This document shows, piece by piece, positions 34,615 through 45,126 of a DNA stretch of 64,000 nt. Source of the stretch: a virus. Lineage: Duplodnaviria; Caudoviricetes. Made by a program: the position numbers and the translations under genes. The notes beneath the pieces were generated by a model that saw only the letters and a program-made list of their open reading frames with translations, was not told the DNA's origin and made no database searches. The DNA lies in IMG/VR virus record IMGVR_UViG_3300014205_000219, positions 5,057 to 69,056 of that record; one strand, written 5' to 3'. The number at the start of each line of letters is the position of its first letter. The stretch's first letter is position 1.

Positions 34615-34899
34615 TCATTTCCGTTCGTTGTAAAGTTTTAGGAGGTCTGTAATTCGATATGTGCCTAATTCATCCTTTCCGATAAGCATGTATTCTTTAT
34701 TGCTTGCCTTATATGTATTGCCGTTAACCCATTCAGCAAATCCGCACATCTCCTCCACTGAGTAACCGTTGGCGAAGGTTGCGCCCATAACAAACCCCTG
34801 GCGTTTCATTAATAAATTTGTCTGATAAGTAGCTCCATGATACTCATCGTGAGGTGCATAATTCTCAGCCGCCTTGTTTATTTCGTCTTGTGTTTTCAT
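34615..34899 (-). CDS. Hypothetical protein
   Basis: EEI..AA..Y...GF..GA..A pattern common in Bacteroidota phages. Confidence 0.65.
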   Translation of the reverse strand: MKTQDEINKAAENYAPHDEYHGATYQTNLLMKRQGFVMGATFANGYSVEEMCGFAEWVNGNTYKASNKEYMLIGKDELGTYRITDLLKLYNERK

Positions 34900-34902
34900 T
34901 GT

Positions 34903-35064
34903 TTATTTTTTAGGTATGTTTTTAACTTTTTCAATTTTTGAGCACGGTCTACAAACAGGCTGGTTAGTTCTGAGATGCCAATATCTGGTAGGTGTTTTAC
35001 AAAACACGCAAAGCTCAGGAATAATAAATCTTAAATCTTCTGGCTCTAATTCTGTCTTAATCAT
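34903..35064 (-). CDS. Small zinc-finger protein (53 aa, not in ORF track)
   Basis: MIKTELEPEDLRFIIPELCVFC...VCRPC...; two CxxC. Confidence 0.65.
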   Translation of the reverse strand: MIKTELEPEDLRFIIPELCVFCKTPTRYWHLRTNQPVCRPCSKIEKVKNIPKK

Positions 35065-35067
35065 GGG

Positions 35068-35253
35068 TTAAAATTTAGGGTCTAATAATGCGTCAATTGC
35101 TTTCTGTTTCATTTCCACTTCCTTCTCCAACTCCTTAATCCTGTCGTGGAGGTGTTGGGAGTATTCGTCAATTATTTTAACCACATCATTTGCTACCATT
35201 AATTGACCAATAGACCTAACCCCTTTTCTCATTAAAAACTTTCTACTCTCCAT
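35068..35253 (-). CDS. Small coiled-coil protein
   Basis: ORF track. Confidence 0.6.
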   Translation of the reverse strand: MESRKFLMRKGVRSIGQLMVANDVVKIIDEYSQHLHDRIKELEKEVEMKQKAIDALLDPKF

Positions 35254-35608
35254 CCTTCCCCTCCTTTCTGGTTAGGGTGTTGTCAATAGCCTCAACAGCT
35301 TCCTGTATATTGGGTATTTTAATAGTTACCTTTTCTCCATGAAAATAAAGTTTACCCCTGTGTGAACAAACGCCACGTCCACTTTTATTAGGTTCATAAG
35401 ACGAACAACTCCTTTTTGTACATTCGTTACGTTCACCTACTTCTCCTAAAAAAGAACAGAAAATCATGTCCTTTATGTCTTTATCTTCAACAGCTTCAAA
35501 CAAAGTTATTTCTGTTAATCCTTCGATATTAGCGTTTAGTATAAACGAATCTAGCGGGCGGCAATATGTATCGTCTTCGTTTTCAAAATATAATTTTTCC
35601 TTACTCAT
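35243..35608 (-). CDS. Cys-rich hypothetical protein
   Basis: FC...C.K..C..Y.PN.SGRGVC.HRG metal-binding pattern. Confidence 0.7.
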   Translation of the reverse strand: MSKEKLYFENEDDTYCRPLDSFILNANIEGLTEITLFEAVEDKDIKDMIFCSFLGEVGERNECTKRSCSSYEPNKSGRGVCSHRGKLYFHGEKVTIKIPNIQEAVEAIDNTLTRKEGKDGE

Positions 35609-35645
35609 TTTTATTTTTTTTACTCGTTAATACTATTCCTTCTAC

Positions 35646-35930
35646 CTAATTTTTGATTAAGGCTTGCGTAGCGTAATGATAAGCTGCCGTGTCTTTTGGT
35701 GTCTTGGTAATCTTCTCCAAAGCCTCCCTAAGCCTATCCCGTTCGGATTGGAGGGATTGAATCTCCATATTATGAGCTACTTTAGCCTCTTCAATAGTAG
35801 CTTCATAAAAAGCATTCCATTGACTATAAATTTTTTTGGCAGCTATTTCAGCCCAGTCTAGGTCTGGATGCTTTCGATATTCATCCATAATGCGGCCTTT
35901 GATTAATTCGATTGTTTTCTCGTTGCTCAT
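35646..35930 (-). CDS. Hypothetical protein (likely start 35930)
   Basis: ORF track 35646-35987; MSNEKTIELIKGR follows upstream stop by 1 nt. Confidence 0.65.
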   Translation of the reverse strand: MSNEKTIELIKGRIMDEYRKHPDLDWAEIAAKKIYSQWNAFYEATIEEAKVAHNMEIQSLQSERDRLREALEKITKTPKDTAAYHYATQALIKN

Positions 35931-35931
35931 G

Positions 35932-36351
35932 TTATTTGCGATTAATTGTAAAGTGTTGTAAAATATAAGTAAAACTCCTTTCATCATCTCTCATTTCAAA
36001 CAAGTCATAAAGCATATCCATCTGACTCTCCCCCTCCCTCACAGGCTCTTTGAAGTAGCCCAAATGATCACATGTGCATTCGCCGAAACCGCTGCATATA
36101 GTTGGCAATACCTCCACAATGTCGGACACGTCGATGGGGGAATGGCTGGAAATATCCATATTAAATAGATACACGTACAACTTAGTGGACTCCCCCTGCC
36201 CCATCTTAACGGTTCGCTTGGTTGAGAGCCATTGGCTATACACGGCGTTAAAATTATCTAATAGTCCGTCTGATTTTTCAGGCCTCTTATAGTCATATAC
36301 CTCCAAGTCTCCCGACTCGAGAAGTAGGATTGTTTGTGTGGTGTTAGTCAT
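35932..36351 (-). CDS. Hypothetical protein
   Basis: ORF track. Confidence 0.6.
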   Translation of the reverse strand: MTNTTQTILLLESGDLEVYDYKRPEKSDGLLDNFNAVYSQWLSTKRTVKMGQGESTKLYVYLFNMDISSHSPIDVSDIVEVLPTICSGFGECTCDHLGYFKEPVREGESQMDMLYDLFEMRDDERSFTYILQHFTINRK

Positions 36352-36354
36352 TGG

Positions 36355-36567
36355 TTAAGTTTTTTTATTAATTTCATTTATAATTTTATCGTTCTCAACA
36401 ACTTGTCTTATACGGTCTTCCATTGCCATCATAAAGCCAACTCGACAGCAAAAAAATGATTTTTCTGAGGCTTCGCAACCGTCAGGGTCTTCGCTTTTGC
36501 AGGCCCCGTAAACTCCTAATTTGTCAGCAATCCAGTTGCTTAAATCTTCTACTGTTTCTATATCCAT
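36355..36567 (-). CDS. Hypothetical protein
   Basis: ORF track. Confidence 0.6.
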   Translation of the reverse strand: MDIETVEDLSNWIADKLGVYGACKSEDPDGCEASEKSFFCCRVGFMMAMEDRIRQVVENDKIINEINKKT

Positions 36568-36583
36568 TGTTACTTACTTGGTT

Positions 36584-36970
36584 TTATTTAAATTCATAAA
36601 TCAACTCCTGGCCGGTTAGGGCGAAGTATAGGTTTTGGAGCTGGTGTAGGCGTTTAATTGTGGTCAAATGAAATGAATCTCTGCATTCGTAAACATGCCA
36701 ATCATTATACGGTTCATCAAAAGAAAGACCCATCATCCAGTCATCCTTAGTGAACTCGTTTCCATTTCTTGTAAATCCACACCTTACCAAAACATCCTCT
36801 GTTAGCGGGATTGGATCAGGGGAATGCCTTTCTGTTAGTTTCCTTATAAAACCAATGCTATCAGTAAAATAGCCTAATTCAACGTCTTCGTTTATAAAAA
36901 TCTGCCTAACAATAACATCCTGTCCGTAATAATTTAAATAATTGCCTATTCTCAATTCGCTTACTTTCAT
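36584..36970 (-). CDS. Conserved Bacteroidota phage protein
   Basis: ELRIGN...PIPLTE..L..CGF...LHQLQNLYFALTGQEL motif. Confidence 0.75.
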   Translation of the reverse strand: MKVSELRIGNYLNYYGQDVIVRQIFINEDVELGYFTDSIGFIRKLTERHSPDPIPLTEDVLVRCGFTRNGNEFTKDDWMMGLSFDEPYNDWHVYECRDSFHLTTIKRLHQLQNLYFALTGQELIYEFK

Positions 36971-37016
36971 CTCATTTAGTTTTATTGGTTAATGTTTTCA
37001 TCTCTCTTTAGGGGGG

Positions 37017-37211
37017 TTATTTATTCCAGTCTCCATCAGCGTCAAGGTGATTCGGTGGCCATCCTTTAAAGCATACCATAATCATTCTAAAGAAACGCGC
37101 AAATAACTTTACAACTCCGTTCACTAAAAAATATAGTATCATGGCAATCATAATGTATGACCCGCAGAAAATCCAGAATCCGCTTAGTGTGTATTTTAAT
37201 ATTTCTAACAT
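37017..37211 (-). CDS. Small membrane protein
   Basis: Hydrophobic N-terminal half; GWPP.HLDADGDW tail. Confidence 0.65.
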   Translation of the reverse strand: MLEILKYTLSGFWIFCGSYIMIAMILYFLVNGVVKLFARFFRMIMVCFKGWPPNHLDADGDWNK

Positions 37212-37360
37212 AATTTATTTTATTTTAGTGGGTTAATGCTTTTAAATCGGTAAACTGTCTATTTTTGGTAATTATACGACAAGTGTATTAAAAGGTTGCA
37301 AGTGTATAAAATTTTAACATTTATGCTTAAATATATCAAAATTAATATTTACATTTGAAT

Positions 37361-38206
37361 ATGGCTCAAACTAAGAAAAACGCGATAGATTCTCTCTTTA
37401 ACATTCTTACTCGTTTTAAGGTAACAGATGAGTTTAGAGTGAATAAAAATTGGTTAAACTATAAAATAGATCAAGTAAGGGCGGATATAATTATTCAGCA
37501 ATATGCTCAAACGGGCGTTTTAGATCAAGCGTGGTTTTCAGATATAGGACTTATTGATTTTTACAGAACTAATTTTGCCGACGACCGTTCTATTTCTTGT
37601 GGCTGTGATGTTGGTAAAGCCACTATCCCTCAATTTATAAGCATTAATTCTAGTAATGGTAATCAGGATTTAGGGCTATTCTCTGTAATGTCCGCATGTG
37701 GCTCTAAACAATTAACACCTAAACGAATGTTTCAGTGGTCTTATACGCCGCCCGAACACACTAATAGTTTATTTGCCTACTATTGGAGGATTAACACTCA
37801 AATGTATATTAGTGACCCTACAATACAGCAATTAAGAATTATAGGGATATTGCTTAATCCAGAAGATGGTTATTTGATCAATTCTCAGCCTGTTTTAAGC
37901 GGCTCTTTAGTTAATGGCACTGTTTACCTTGTTAAGAATAGTCAGATCATTTATAATGCAGTTGTGTACAATCCTAACGATACTTTTACCGCCACGGCAA
38001 CTGCTACTTTTACAGGACTAGGTAAAGTGTATTTAAATTCAGAAATAGCAGCATACAGAGATATTGACCCTTACCCCGCCAGTGGGGATATGATACGTCA
38101 AATTGAAATAGAGATATTAACCAAGGAATTTAAAATAGAGTCAGGTCAATTAACTGATGTTCGCAATGATTCGGTAGATGAAGCCAATAAAGTCCCGGCA
38201 GTTTAG
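37361..38206 (+). CDS. Putative tail ring/tubular protein (start ATG 37361)
   Basis: First gene of tail operon after TACATTTG box; D.YP....MI..IE..IL pattern of crAss-like ring proteins. Confidence 0.55.
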   Translation: MAQTKKNAIDSLFNILTRFKVTDEFRVNKNWLNYKIDQVRADIIIQQYAQTGVLDQAWFSDIGLIDFYRTNFADDRSISCGCDVGKATIPQFISINSSNGNQDLGLFSVMSACGSKQLTPKRMFQWSYTPPEHTNSLFAYYWRINTQMYISDPTIQQLRIIGILLNPEDGYLINSQPVLSGSLVNGTVYLVKNSQIIYNAVVYNPNDTFTATATATFTGLGKVYLNSEIAAYRDIDPYPASGDMIRQIEIEILTKEFKIESGQLTDVRNDSVDEANKVPAV

Positions 38207-38207
38207 T

Positions 38208-38630
38208 ATGCCAACCTTACGCAAAAGGAATAAAAAAATGATGCGTAAAAAATATAAAAAGACTATTAGCTTATCTACTCTTGATAAAGTGTGGAACGAT
38301 TGGGTTGAATTTGCGATTATACGACCTATGATTAAATTTGGCAGGGTGAAGGTGGATGATAAGTTTAGCATGGAAATAGTTGGGAAGAAAATAATAAGTG
38401 ATGCTAGAATAGTAGCGCTTATGAGCGCAGGAGTGGTAGTGTCTAAGAGGGGGTATAAAATTGAACCTAAAAAATTTGGAAATAACAGACCGGGATTAAT
38501 TTATAAGATCACTTGTGAAGATAAGAATTACAAAACAGGGCAACTTATATTTGAACCTGATAGGAAGTTAAGTAAAAGAGTGAGTGAACATTTAAAGAAT
38601 AGTCAACAATATTATAGAATATGTCAATAA
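38208..38630 (+). CDS. HU/IHF-like basic DNA-binding protein (tentative)
   Basis: Very basic; lies between ring genes as IHF-like genes do in crAss-like phages. Confidence 0.35.
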   Translation: MPTLRKRNKKMMRKKYKKTISLSTLDKVWNDWVEFAIIRPMIKFGRVKVDDKFSMEIVGKKIISDARIVALMSAGVVVSKRGYKIEPKKFGNNRPGLIYKITCEDKNYKTGQLIFEPDRKLSKRVSEHLKNSQQYYRICQ

Positions 38631-39376
38631 ATAAATTAATATCTGTTAGGAATCCTATAATTGATGCTCAGGATTTTTTAGGAATTGACCATGATAAAGA
38701 TGTTCCTTGGTTTACAAGGCTTGCCACTTTAGCTGAGCAGCAAATAGGTTCTTATTACCAATATGAGCGTAAAAGAAAAGTGATTAATATCAGTAATTGT
38801 GTGGCTTGTTTACCTAATGACGCTGTACTTGTTGAGGCGGCTATATTAGGAGATTTAGGGGAAGATTGTGATAATTTATTTGCTAGTGCTTGTGGCGGGG
38901 TTGGAAGCAATAGTGTTACTAATGTAAATAGTAATGGATTGTTTTTAGTTGTGGATTTATCTCCTTCGCCCGATTCCAGTATTAGTTTTGGAAAAGTGGA
39001 CTATTCTATTCAAAACAATAAGATAATTTTTGATAGGAGTCGTGACGGGCAGAAAGTAACAGTTCAATATATTCGATACAAAACAGATTGTGATGGATTT
39101 ATTGAAGTGGGAGAGAATCATGTAAATGCTATTAGATGGTATATTATTTACCATTATTTGTTTAGAAAGTCAGGTAGTAATTACATAGAGCGTGATAAAA
39201 TGAATATAGCTTTCCAAGAATGGAATAGAGAGTGTCGCCATGCCCGCGCAGAAGATAACAGGCTTACTGAATCTCAGTACAGGGAAGTGGCAAGAGCTTA
39301 TAATAACCCTATGTCTGGTCGTGGATTATGGCAAGGAATGTACACCACCCTTGGTAACTTTTACACTATTTGGTAA
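38621..39376 (+). CDS. Putative tail ring/tubular protein
   Basis: Y.IQNN.I.F...V.V.Y....TD.DGF pattern; precedes muzzle-like gene. Confidence 0.6.
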   Translation: MSINKLISVRNPIIDAQDFLGIDHDKDVPWFTRLATLAEQQIGSYYQYERKRKVINISNCVACLPNDAVLVEAAILGDLGEDCDNLFASACGGVGSNSVTNVNSNGLFLVVDLSPSPDSSISFGKVDYSIQNNKIIFDRSRDGQKVTVQYIRYKTDCDGFIEVGENHVNAIRWYIIYHYLFRKSGSNYIERDKMNIAFQEWNRECRHARAEDNRLTESQYREVARAYNNPMSGRGLWQGMYTTLGNFYTIW

Positions 39377-39379
39377 GCA

Positions 39380-42300
39380 ATGAGAGATATATTTGAGAAT
39401 ACCTTTCAAAATGGAATGTCAAGTGACTACAATGTAGTCCTTCAGCCTGATGGTACTTACCGATATTTAAAGAACTGCCAACTTGTTTCTCAGGATGGTA
39501 ATAATTTTGTAATTAAAGACTGTTTAGGCAACGTTCTTACATTTACAGTTAACGCACCTTACGATGCTGTTTATACTTCCGTAGGAGCCTCGCCAATGAT
39601 TATAGGGATGATTTCTTTCCCCGATAAGCTAATTACGATTACAGATGTAGGTGAGATAGGTATTATTAAATACATTCCTTATGGTGAAGGAGTACAGCCT
39701 TTATCGGTGACAGGTGAATACAATGCTGGATATGTCCCATTGTATCATAGCACAGAGTTAAATCTTAGTAAGCTACATAGAATTAATGGCTTCTCTTATA
39801 TTGAAAATGAGTTAATAGAGCGTATTTATTGGACTGATAACTTTAATGAGCCAAGGGTGTTTAATGTCTCTGACCCAATATTTACTAACTACTTTTCAAG
39901 TGGCTCTCTTGTAACAGGTGAGCAATATATGGTTCTTGAAGGAGCTATACAGCACCCAATAGGAGGAGCTAATCCTATTTATGGTCCGGGGCTTACTGCC
40001 GGAAACACATTTACAGCTTCTTCAGCTACATATACTAATCTTACTGCCGCAGCTCCCACTCCAAAAATAATAGCTTATTATCCGCCATCTCTTTTAGATT
40101 TTACGCCTTCTCGATCTTTAGGGAATATTATATTTAAAGAATACGGCTCTGGAAGTCTTTATTGCGGTTCTAAGACATATTTTTATAGATTAGGCACTAA
40201 TGATGGAGTGGTTACAACATGGAGCTATGGCTCTTCTCCTATACCAGTTGGAACATTAAACGATTCATTTGCCCTCACTTCCCCAAACGTACCTTATCAC
40301 GATTTTGTTGGTGGAGGTACAACAACTGCGCTGCTTAATAGTGGTCTTTCAGTTTTGATTAATATAGAAAATGTAGATGAGGATTTTGATTATATAGAAG
40401 TGGCATGTGCTGAATTTGATCAACTTGCAACCGCTCCAAGACAAATATCTATTATAGCCAAAGATGTAATAACATCCCCTACTATGGTTATTACCCATGA
40501 CGGGACTATTAATTTAGGCATACTAACTATTGGTGATATTACGCTGTTTCCTGCAAGTATTCTTAAATGTAAAACACTTGCTACTAATAAGAATTTTATT
40601 TTAACTGGTAATATTACTGAGAGGATTGAATTTGACTGGGACGCTAATGATTACCCTGCATTTACAGCAGCGTGGTTTCAGTACCCAATGAACTCTCATT
40701 ACGATGCTACAAGCTGTTCGTTAAGCGGAATGGTGCCTTCTGGTATTAGTCCTCCAAGTGGTGGATATATGGCAGCAGGACCAACCGCGGCAGGTTCAAT
40801 AACTCCATTCTCAAAGTGGTTAGTTACAAGCGGCACTGTTACATATAACGGAACTAATTATACAACTGGACAAGTGTTTGAGGGTGTTCCGGCGGTGTTA
40901 AATAGCGATATTGCAACCCTAGCCGCAGCAAGCTCTTTTGTTCCATGTGTAAATAAAAACAGATACACTACATTTGCTGGCGACCCTGTGCCAAATGCTA
41001 TTGAGATTAAAAGAACTACTGACACTATAAATGATTGCTTTTGGGATTACAAATCAGCAGCCGCACACCATCATTTGGCTGGGTATTGGTCAGGAGAAAC
41101 TTATAGATTTGGCATGTTGTTTTATGATAAAAAAGGAAATCCATTCTATGTAAAATGGTTGCTTGATTATCAAATGCCGTCTGTTTATCTTAAAACTGGA
41201 TATAATCTAAGAAGAGATCAAATAGGAACCACTGGTAATTATGTTTATTCATTGAATCCATCAGGAATGAGGTTTCAGGGAATTACATTACCACAAGAGG
41301 TTGTAGATCAAATAAGTGGTTTTAGTATTGTTAGAGCTGAAAGGGATGCTCGTATTGTCACACAAGGGCTTGTTACTCAAAATGTAGATACTGGCGCTTC
41401 ACCAAAAGTATATAGACCCGCCGCATGGAATCCAATTAGTGCCGATACGCATAACGTTGCAAGTAAAATTTACACATACATGTGTCCTGATATTTTAGTG
41501 GACGCTCCATTAAAAAAAGCAGTAGGCGTTATTGGTGATACAATGGAAGAGGCTGTATGGTTAGACCCTTATGATTATGGTGGAGGTAGTGTTGTTAGAG
41601 GTCAGGGTGTTGCCGGGAGTGAACAAGTTTATACAAAGTATCTATCTTGCTTAAATGATAATTCATTACGCACCGGAACCATTACTTATTTTGATTCAGT
41701 AGATGAATCTCAAACTTTAAGTAATTTAGGCAACGGAGATACTTATGAGAACGGAACTATGCAGGTGGCAGTTGCTGCCGGAACTGTTGTAAAAGGAACT
41801 TGTGTTACAGGTGGACTTGATTATAACTTAGATGGATATAATGCTACCGGATGTAAAAAGACGGTGTTTATCTTAGAAACTGACTTTAAACATTACGGAC
41901 CTTCTGCTAACGATTATACTTCTGTTGCCGCAATGGGACAGATGGAAAAGATTGTAATGAATTATGTAAAGACTGGTTTTGCTAACCCTTATGGCGGTAC
42001 TGGTGATTCATCTAAAGCAAACACACTTTATATTTCCACAGGACATTTTCAACCAATTAACGCTTCAGTTCTTGCAGATGTTTTCGATGGAACTAATTAT
42101 GTTTTTAATGATGTAGAAGTATTTGGTGGCGATTGTTATACCTGTATGATTGACCAAGGGTATGCTTTATGGGATGCTGGATTTGTTGCCAGTAGATACT
42201 CTTATGCTTGGACATTCCCTTGTGAGTGTAATTCTAATTACAATTTAAGACGTGGGCGTAAAACCTCTAACGTAGAAATGTATTATACCGGCACCGCCCT

Positions 42301-43798
42301 TACTGAATCAATTACTGTACTTGGACCTGCTGGAGAGATTAATTTAGAAGATTATTCCTATAATCAAGGGTATTCGACCGAGGGCCAACAAGTGGTATAT
42401 CCGGCGTTGCCAATAGATTTTATTAACAGCTCTAGCTTTCAGGCAAGGATAAGGTATGCTGGTGAGAAGTTTATAGGTGAAAGCATTGATTCATTCAGAA
42501 CATTTGCTATAAATGATTATAAGGATTTATCTGCTAATTATGGCCGGATAAACAGCATAAATGTAAAAGAAGACAAGGTGGTTGTTTTTCAGGACAATGC
42601 TATTAATACAGTCCCTATTTTAGAAAGACAGGTAGTTAGTGGTGTTAGTGGTGATGCTACTACAATAGGTACTGGCGGGGTTGTGGATAGGTTTGATGTG
42701 ATAAGCTCTTATTTTGGCACACAGCATCAATGGAGTATCACAGAAACGGAATATGGATTTGCTTTCTTTGATATGAGAAGAAAAGCTTTTGTTATTTTAG
42801 ACTTTGGCGGTGGCCTATTAGAGATAAGTCAGGTGTTTGGGTTAAAGGCATTCTTTGACGAAGTATTTATGGAAATTGAAGGTACAGGTAGTTCTGATAC
42901 TACAATTCTATTAAACTCCCCTACATTTGAAGAAACCGCGGATAGACCATTAGTTGGGGTTGGTATTACATCTGTGTATGACCCTAAGTTTAAAATGACC
43001 TATATGACATTTAAGTTTTACGGTCAAAATGCAGACGGCACTAAATCGAAAGATTTTACTATTGGATATTTACATACAAATACTAAGAAGTGTTTTGTAG
43101 GGTTTTACGATTGGTTCCCGTGTATCGCTCATAATCATAATCAGATTGTATTATCTGTAAATAACCCTAAAAATACTACTCAATATTTACCAACCGTACC
43201 TACAAATGAATCTTTTGTTGTGGGCGAAACTCTTTGGGGAGATAGCGGTATGACCGATGAATACATTTGTATTGCTGATGTTACTTTAGACAATGCCGCC
43301 AAGTTCCCTAAAGGAGCAAGCGGGGCTACTTATTGGTTTAGAATTAATAAAATCAATCAGTTGTGGGTGAACAACCAGCCAGCAGCCTTAACGGATGTAA
43401 CAGCAGGGGGGTATCAATATAATATGTTCTTTGGAAGAGTAGTGGATAACGAGCTTCACATTGTAATCAATCCAAAGCAACAGGGGGATGAAGCATTTTA
43501 TGTGCAAAACATCTCTCAGAATGGTCCTTACAATATTAATTACACTTCCATTTATGCGGACGCTGATAGTCAGGCTGGGGCAGATTTAAATATTACTGGC
43601 ACTAACAGAAATTACAGATTCATCTTTGATAAGATAACCAGTACTGTAATGAGAGACGCTACTACTGGGGCTAGGATAATCAATAAGTATTTACGTATGA
43701 GATTTGTTAAAAGAAATTGGACTACCGTCCCGATTTCATTAGAAACAAGTGTAAAGATATTGAGGTCTATTACCTCTTACTTTAACACAAAACGATAA
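39380..43798 (+). CDS. Tail muzzle/stabilization protein (P22 gp10-like)
   Basis: 1472 aa; NTF.NGM.SD...GTY..L.N, IYWTD.FNEPR.FN, YRFG..FYD..G, G.QHQWSI motifs. Confidence 0.75.
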   Translation: MRDIFENTFQNGMSSDYNVVLQPDGTYRYLKNCQLVSQDGNNFVIKDCLGNVLTFTVNAPYDAVYTSVGASPMIIGMISFPDKLITITDVGEIGIIKYIPYGEGVQPLSVTGEYNAGYVPLYHSTELNLSKLHRINGFSYIENELIERIYWTDNFNEPRVFNVSDPIFTNYFSSGSLVTGEQYMVLEGAIQHPIGGANPIYGPGLTAGNTFTASSATYTNLTAAAPTPKIIAYYPPSLLDFTPSRSLGNIIFKEYGSGSLYCGSKTYFYRLGTNDGVVTTWSYGSSPIPVGTLNDSFALTSPNVPYHDFVGGGTTTALLNSGLSVLINIENVDEDFDYIEVACAEFDQLATAPRQISIIAKDVITSPTMVITHDGTINLGILTIGDITLFPASILKCKTLATNKNFILTGNITERIEFDWDANDYPAFTAAWFQYPMNSHYDATSCSLSGMVPSGISPPSGGYMAAGPTAAGSITPFSKWLVTSGTVTYNGTNYTTGQVFEGVPAVLNSDIATLAAASSFVPCVNKNRYTTFAGDPVPNAIEIKRTTDTINDCFWDYKSAAAHHHLAGYWSGETYRFGMLFYDKKGNPFYVKWLLDYQMPSVYLKTGYNLRRDQIGTTGNYVYSLNPSGMRFQGITLPQEVVDQISGFSIVRAERDARIVTQGLVTQNVDTGASPKVYRPAAWNPISADTHNVASKIYTYMCPDILVDAPLKKAVGVIGDTMEEAVWLDPYDYGGGSVVRGQGVAGSEQVYTKYLSCLNDNSLRTGTITYFDSVDESQTLSNLGNGDTYENGTMQVAVAAGTVVKGTCVTGGLDYNLDGYNATGCKKTVFILETDFKHYGPSANDYTSVAAMGQMEKIVMNYVKTGFANPYGGTGDSSKANTLYISTGHFQPINASVLADVFDGTNYVFNDVEVFGGDCYTCMIDQGYALWDAGFVASRYSYAWTFPCECNSNYNLRRGRKTSNVEMYYTGTALTESITVLGPAGEINLEDYSYNQGYSTEGQQVVYPALPIDFINSSSFQARIRYAGEKFIGESIDSFRTFAINDYKDLSANYGRINSINVKEDKVVVFQDNAINTVPILERQVVSGVSGDATTIGTGGVVDRFDVISSYFGTQHQWSITETEYGFAFFDMRRKAFVILDFGGGLLEISQVFGLKAFFDEVFMEIEGTGSSDTTILLNSPTFEETADRPLVGVGITSVYDPKFKMTYMTFKFYGQNADGTKSKDFTIGYLHTNTKKCFVGFYDWFPCIAHNHNQIVLSVNNPKNTTQYLPTVPTNESFVVGETLWGDSGMTDEYICIADVTLDNAAKFPKGASGATYWFRINKINQLWVNNQPAALTDVTAGGYQYNMFFGRVVDNELHIVINPKQQGDEAFYVQNISQNGPYNINYTSIYADADSQAGADLNITGTNRNYRFIFDKITSTVMRDATTGARIINKYLRMRFVKRNWTTVPISLETSVKILRSITSYFNTKR

Positions 43799-43922
43799 AA
43801 CGCAACCTTTTATAATTTACTTCGTTAAACTATACAAACCATTACAAGTTTGAAAGGAATTTAGATACATTCTATTTCATTACAGATTTGAAATGAAAAG
43901 TATAATTTAAAATATAAATAAA

Positions 43923-44507
43923 ATGAAAAAACTATTTTTGTTGTTATCCCTAGCGATAATATTTAAGTCAAATTCACAAATAATCACATCCACAGGGACG
44001 GTATCTTCTTTATCCGTTTCCCCGCAAGTAGTGTGTGTTTGTGATAGTATTAAAATTAAGTTTAGATTCACTCCTAGTTCAAGTGTTGACACCTTGGATA
44101 AGTTTAACTTTTACATTGACTATTTTGATTACGAGTACAACGCAACCAAATATGTCAAGATAAGAAGTTTCACTTTCTTGGACTTTTATAACATGGAGAA
44201 AGAGCTTATTAACAATATTAACAACGACACAGCTTATTCTTTTTGGTATAAAATACCATGCGATTTAATTAATAATATAGGTAAAAGTGGTGATTCTCAG
44301 GTTTTAATTAAGATTACATTAAAAGATGGTTCTGGCATTGCTGTTTTAGTTAAGTTGTGCAATCTTACAGGGATAAATTCTTACGAATATGATAAAAAAG
44401 ATGTTCCTGTTTATTATGACATGAACAGGGTCATTGTCGCCCCGAAAAGTGGAGAGTTGTTAATTAGACAAATTGGTATAAACAGAGTTAAAGTATTAAT
44501 ACAATGA
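43923..44507 (+). CDS. Secreted protein with Sec signal and T9SS-CTD-like tail
   Basis: MKKLFLLLSLAII...SQ signal; C-terminal TGI...VYYDMN...PKSGELLIRQ...KVLIQ. Confidence 0.55.
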   Translation: MKKLFLLLSLAIIFKSNSQIITSTGTVSSLSVSPQVVCVCDSIKIKFRFTPSSSVDTLDKFNFYIDYFDYEYNATKYVKIRSFTFLDFYNMEKELINNINNDTAYSFWYKIPCDLINNIGKSGDSQVLIKITLKDGSGIAVLVKLCNLTGINSYEYDKKDVPVYYDMNRVIVAPKSGELLIRQIGINRVKVLIQ

Positions 44508-44725
44508 GAAGAGAATATTTTATTAAATGTAAAACAGATTTAATTCCAAATGAAGTTTTTTATGTGTTTATGACAATCAACGGTAATGCTAAAGACGCTA
44601 AAGAAATAACAGAGCAAGCTCTTGCTTTTTGCAAATCTGATATTAAAAAATCAAATAATGTAGACATTCCTATTAACAAGATTGAAATACTAGTATTCAG
44701 CTTATTACAAACCACAACCATATGA
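44504..44725 (+). CDS. Hypothetical protein
   Basis: ATGA-coupled on both sides. Confidence 0.6.
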   Translation: MRREYFIKCKTDLIPNEVFYVFMTINGNAKDAKEITEQALAFCKSDIKKSNNVDIPINKIEILVFSLLQTTTI

Positions 44726-45096
44726 AACTAACCATATTGCTTTTGGCTATTGCCATTCAAATTAACGCCCAATCGGCCCCAATGCGATTCTCGTGCGGTA
44801 AAACCGATACCATATACATACAAATTGAATCTGACAGTACTTACTCTACCAGCAAGCTAAATGTCTCCTGCTCTAAACATAAACACTCAGATTGGACTTC
44901 TATCACCTTTGGATTCACTGACGGCAGCTTATTGGAAGTGTCTTCTGCTTCTGGCTACCAAATTAAAGACACTGAGAAATTTAAGACTATAATGTTTGAT
45001 TTTATCTCTTTTGACGACATTATTTCATCCACTGCCTGTATAAACATAAAGACTAAAGACTACTTCATAAAGCACTTCAATTCAGTTAAAAACTAA
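44722..45096 (+). CDS. Secreted/periplasmic protein
   Basis: Signal peptide MKLTILLLAIAIQINAQ. Confidence 0.6.
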   Translation: MKLTILLLAIAIQINAQSAPMRFSCGKTDTIYIQIESDSTYSTSKLNVSCSKHKHSDWTSITFGFTDGSLLEVSSASGYQIKDTEKFKTIMFDFISFDDIISSTACINIKTKDYFIKHFNSVKN

Positions 45097-45126
45097 AAGT
45101 GTAATTGTTCAAAACTTTTATTACAT

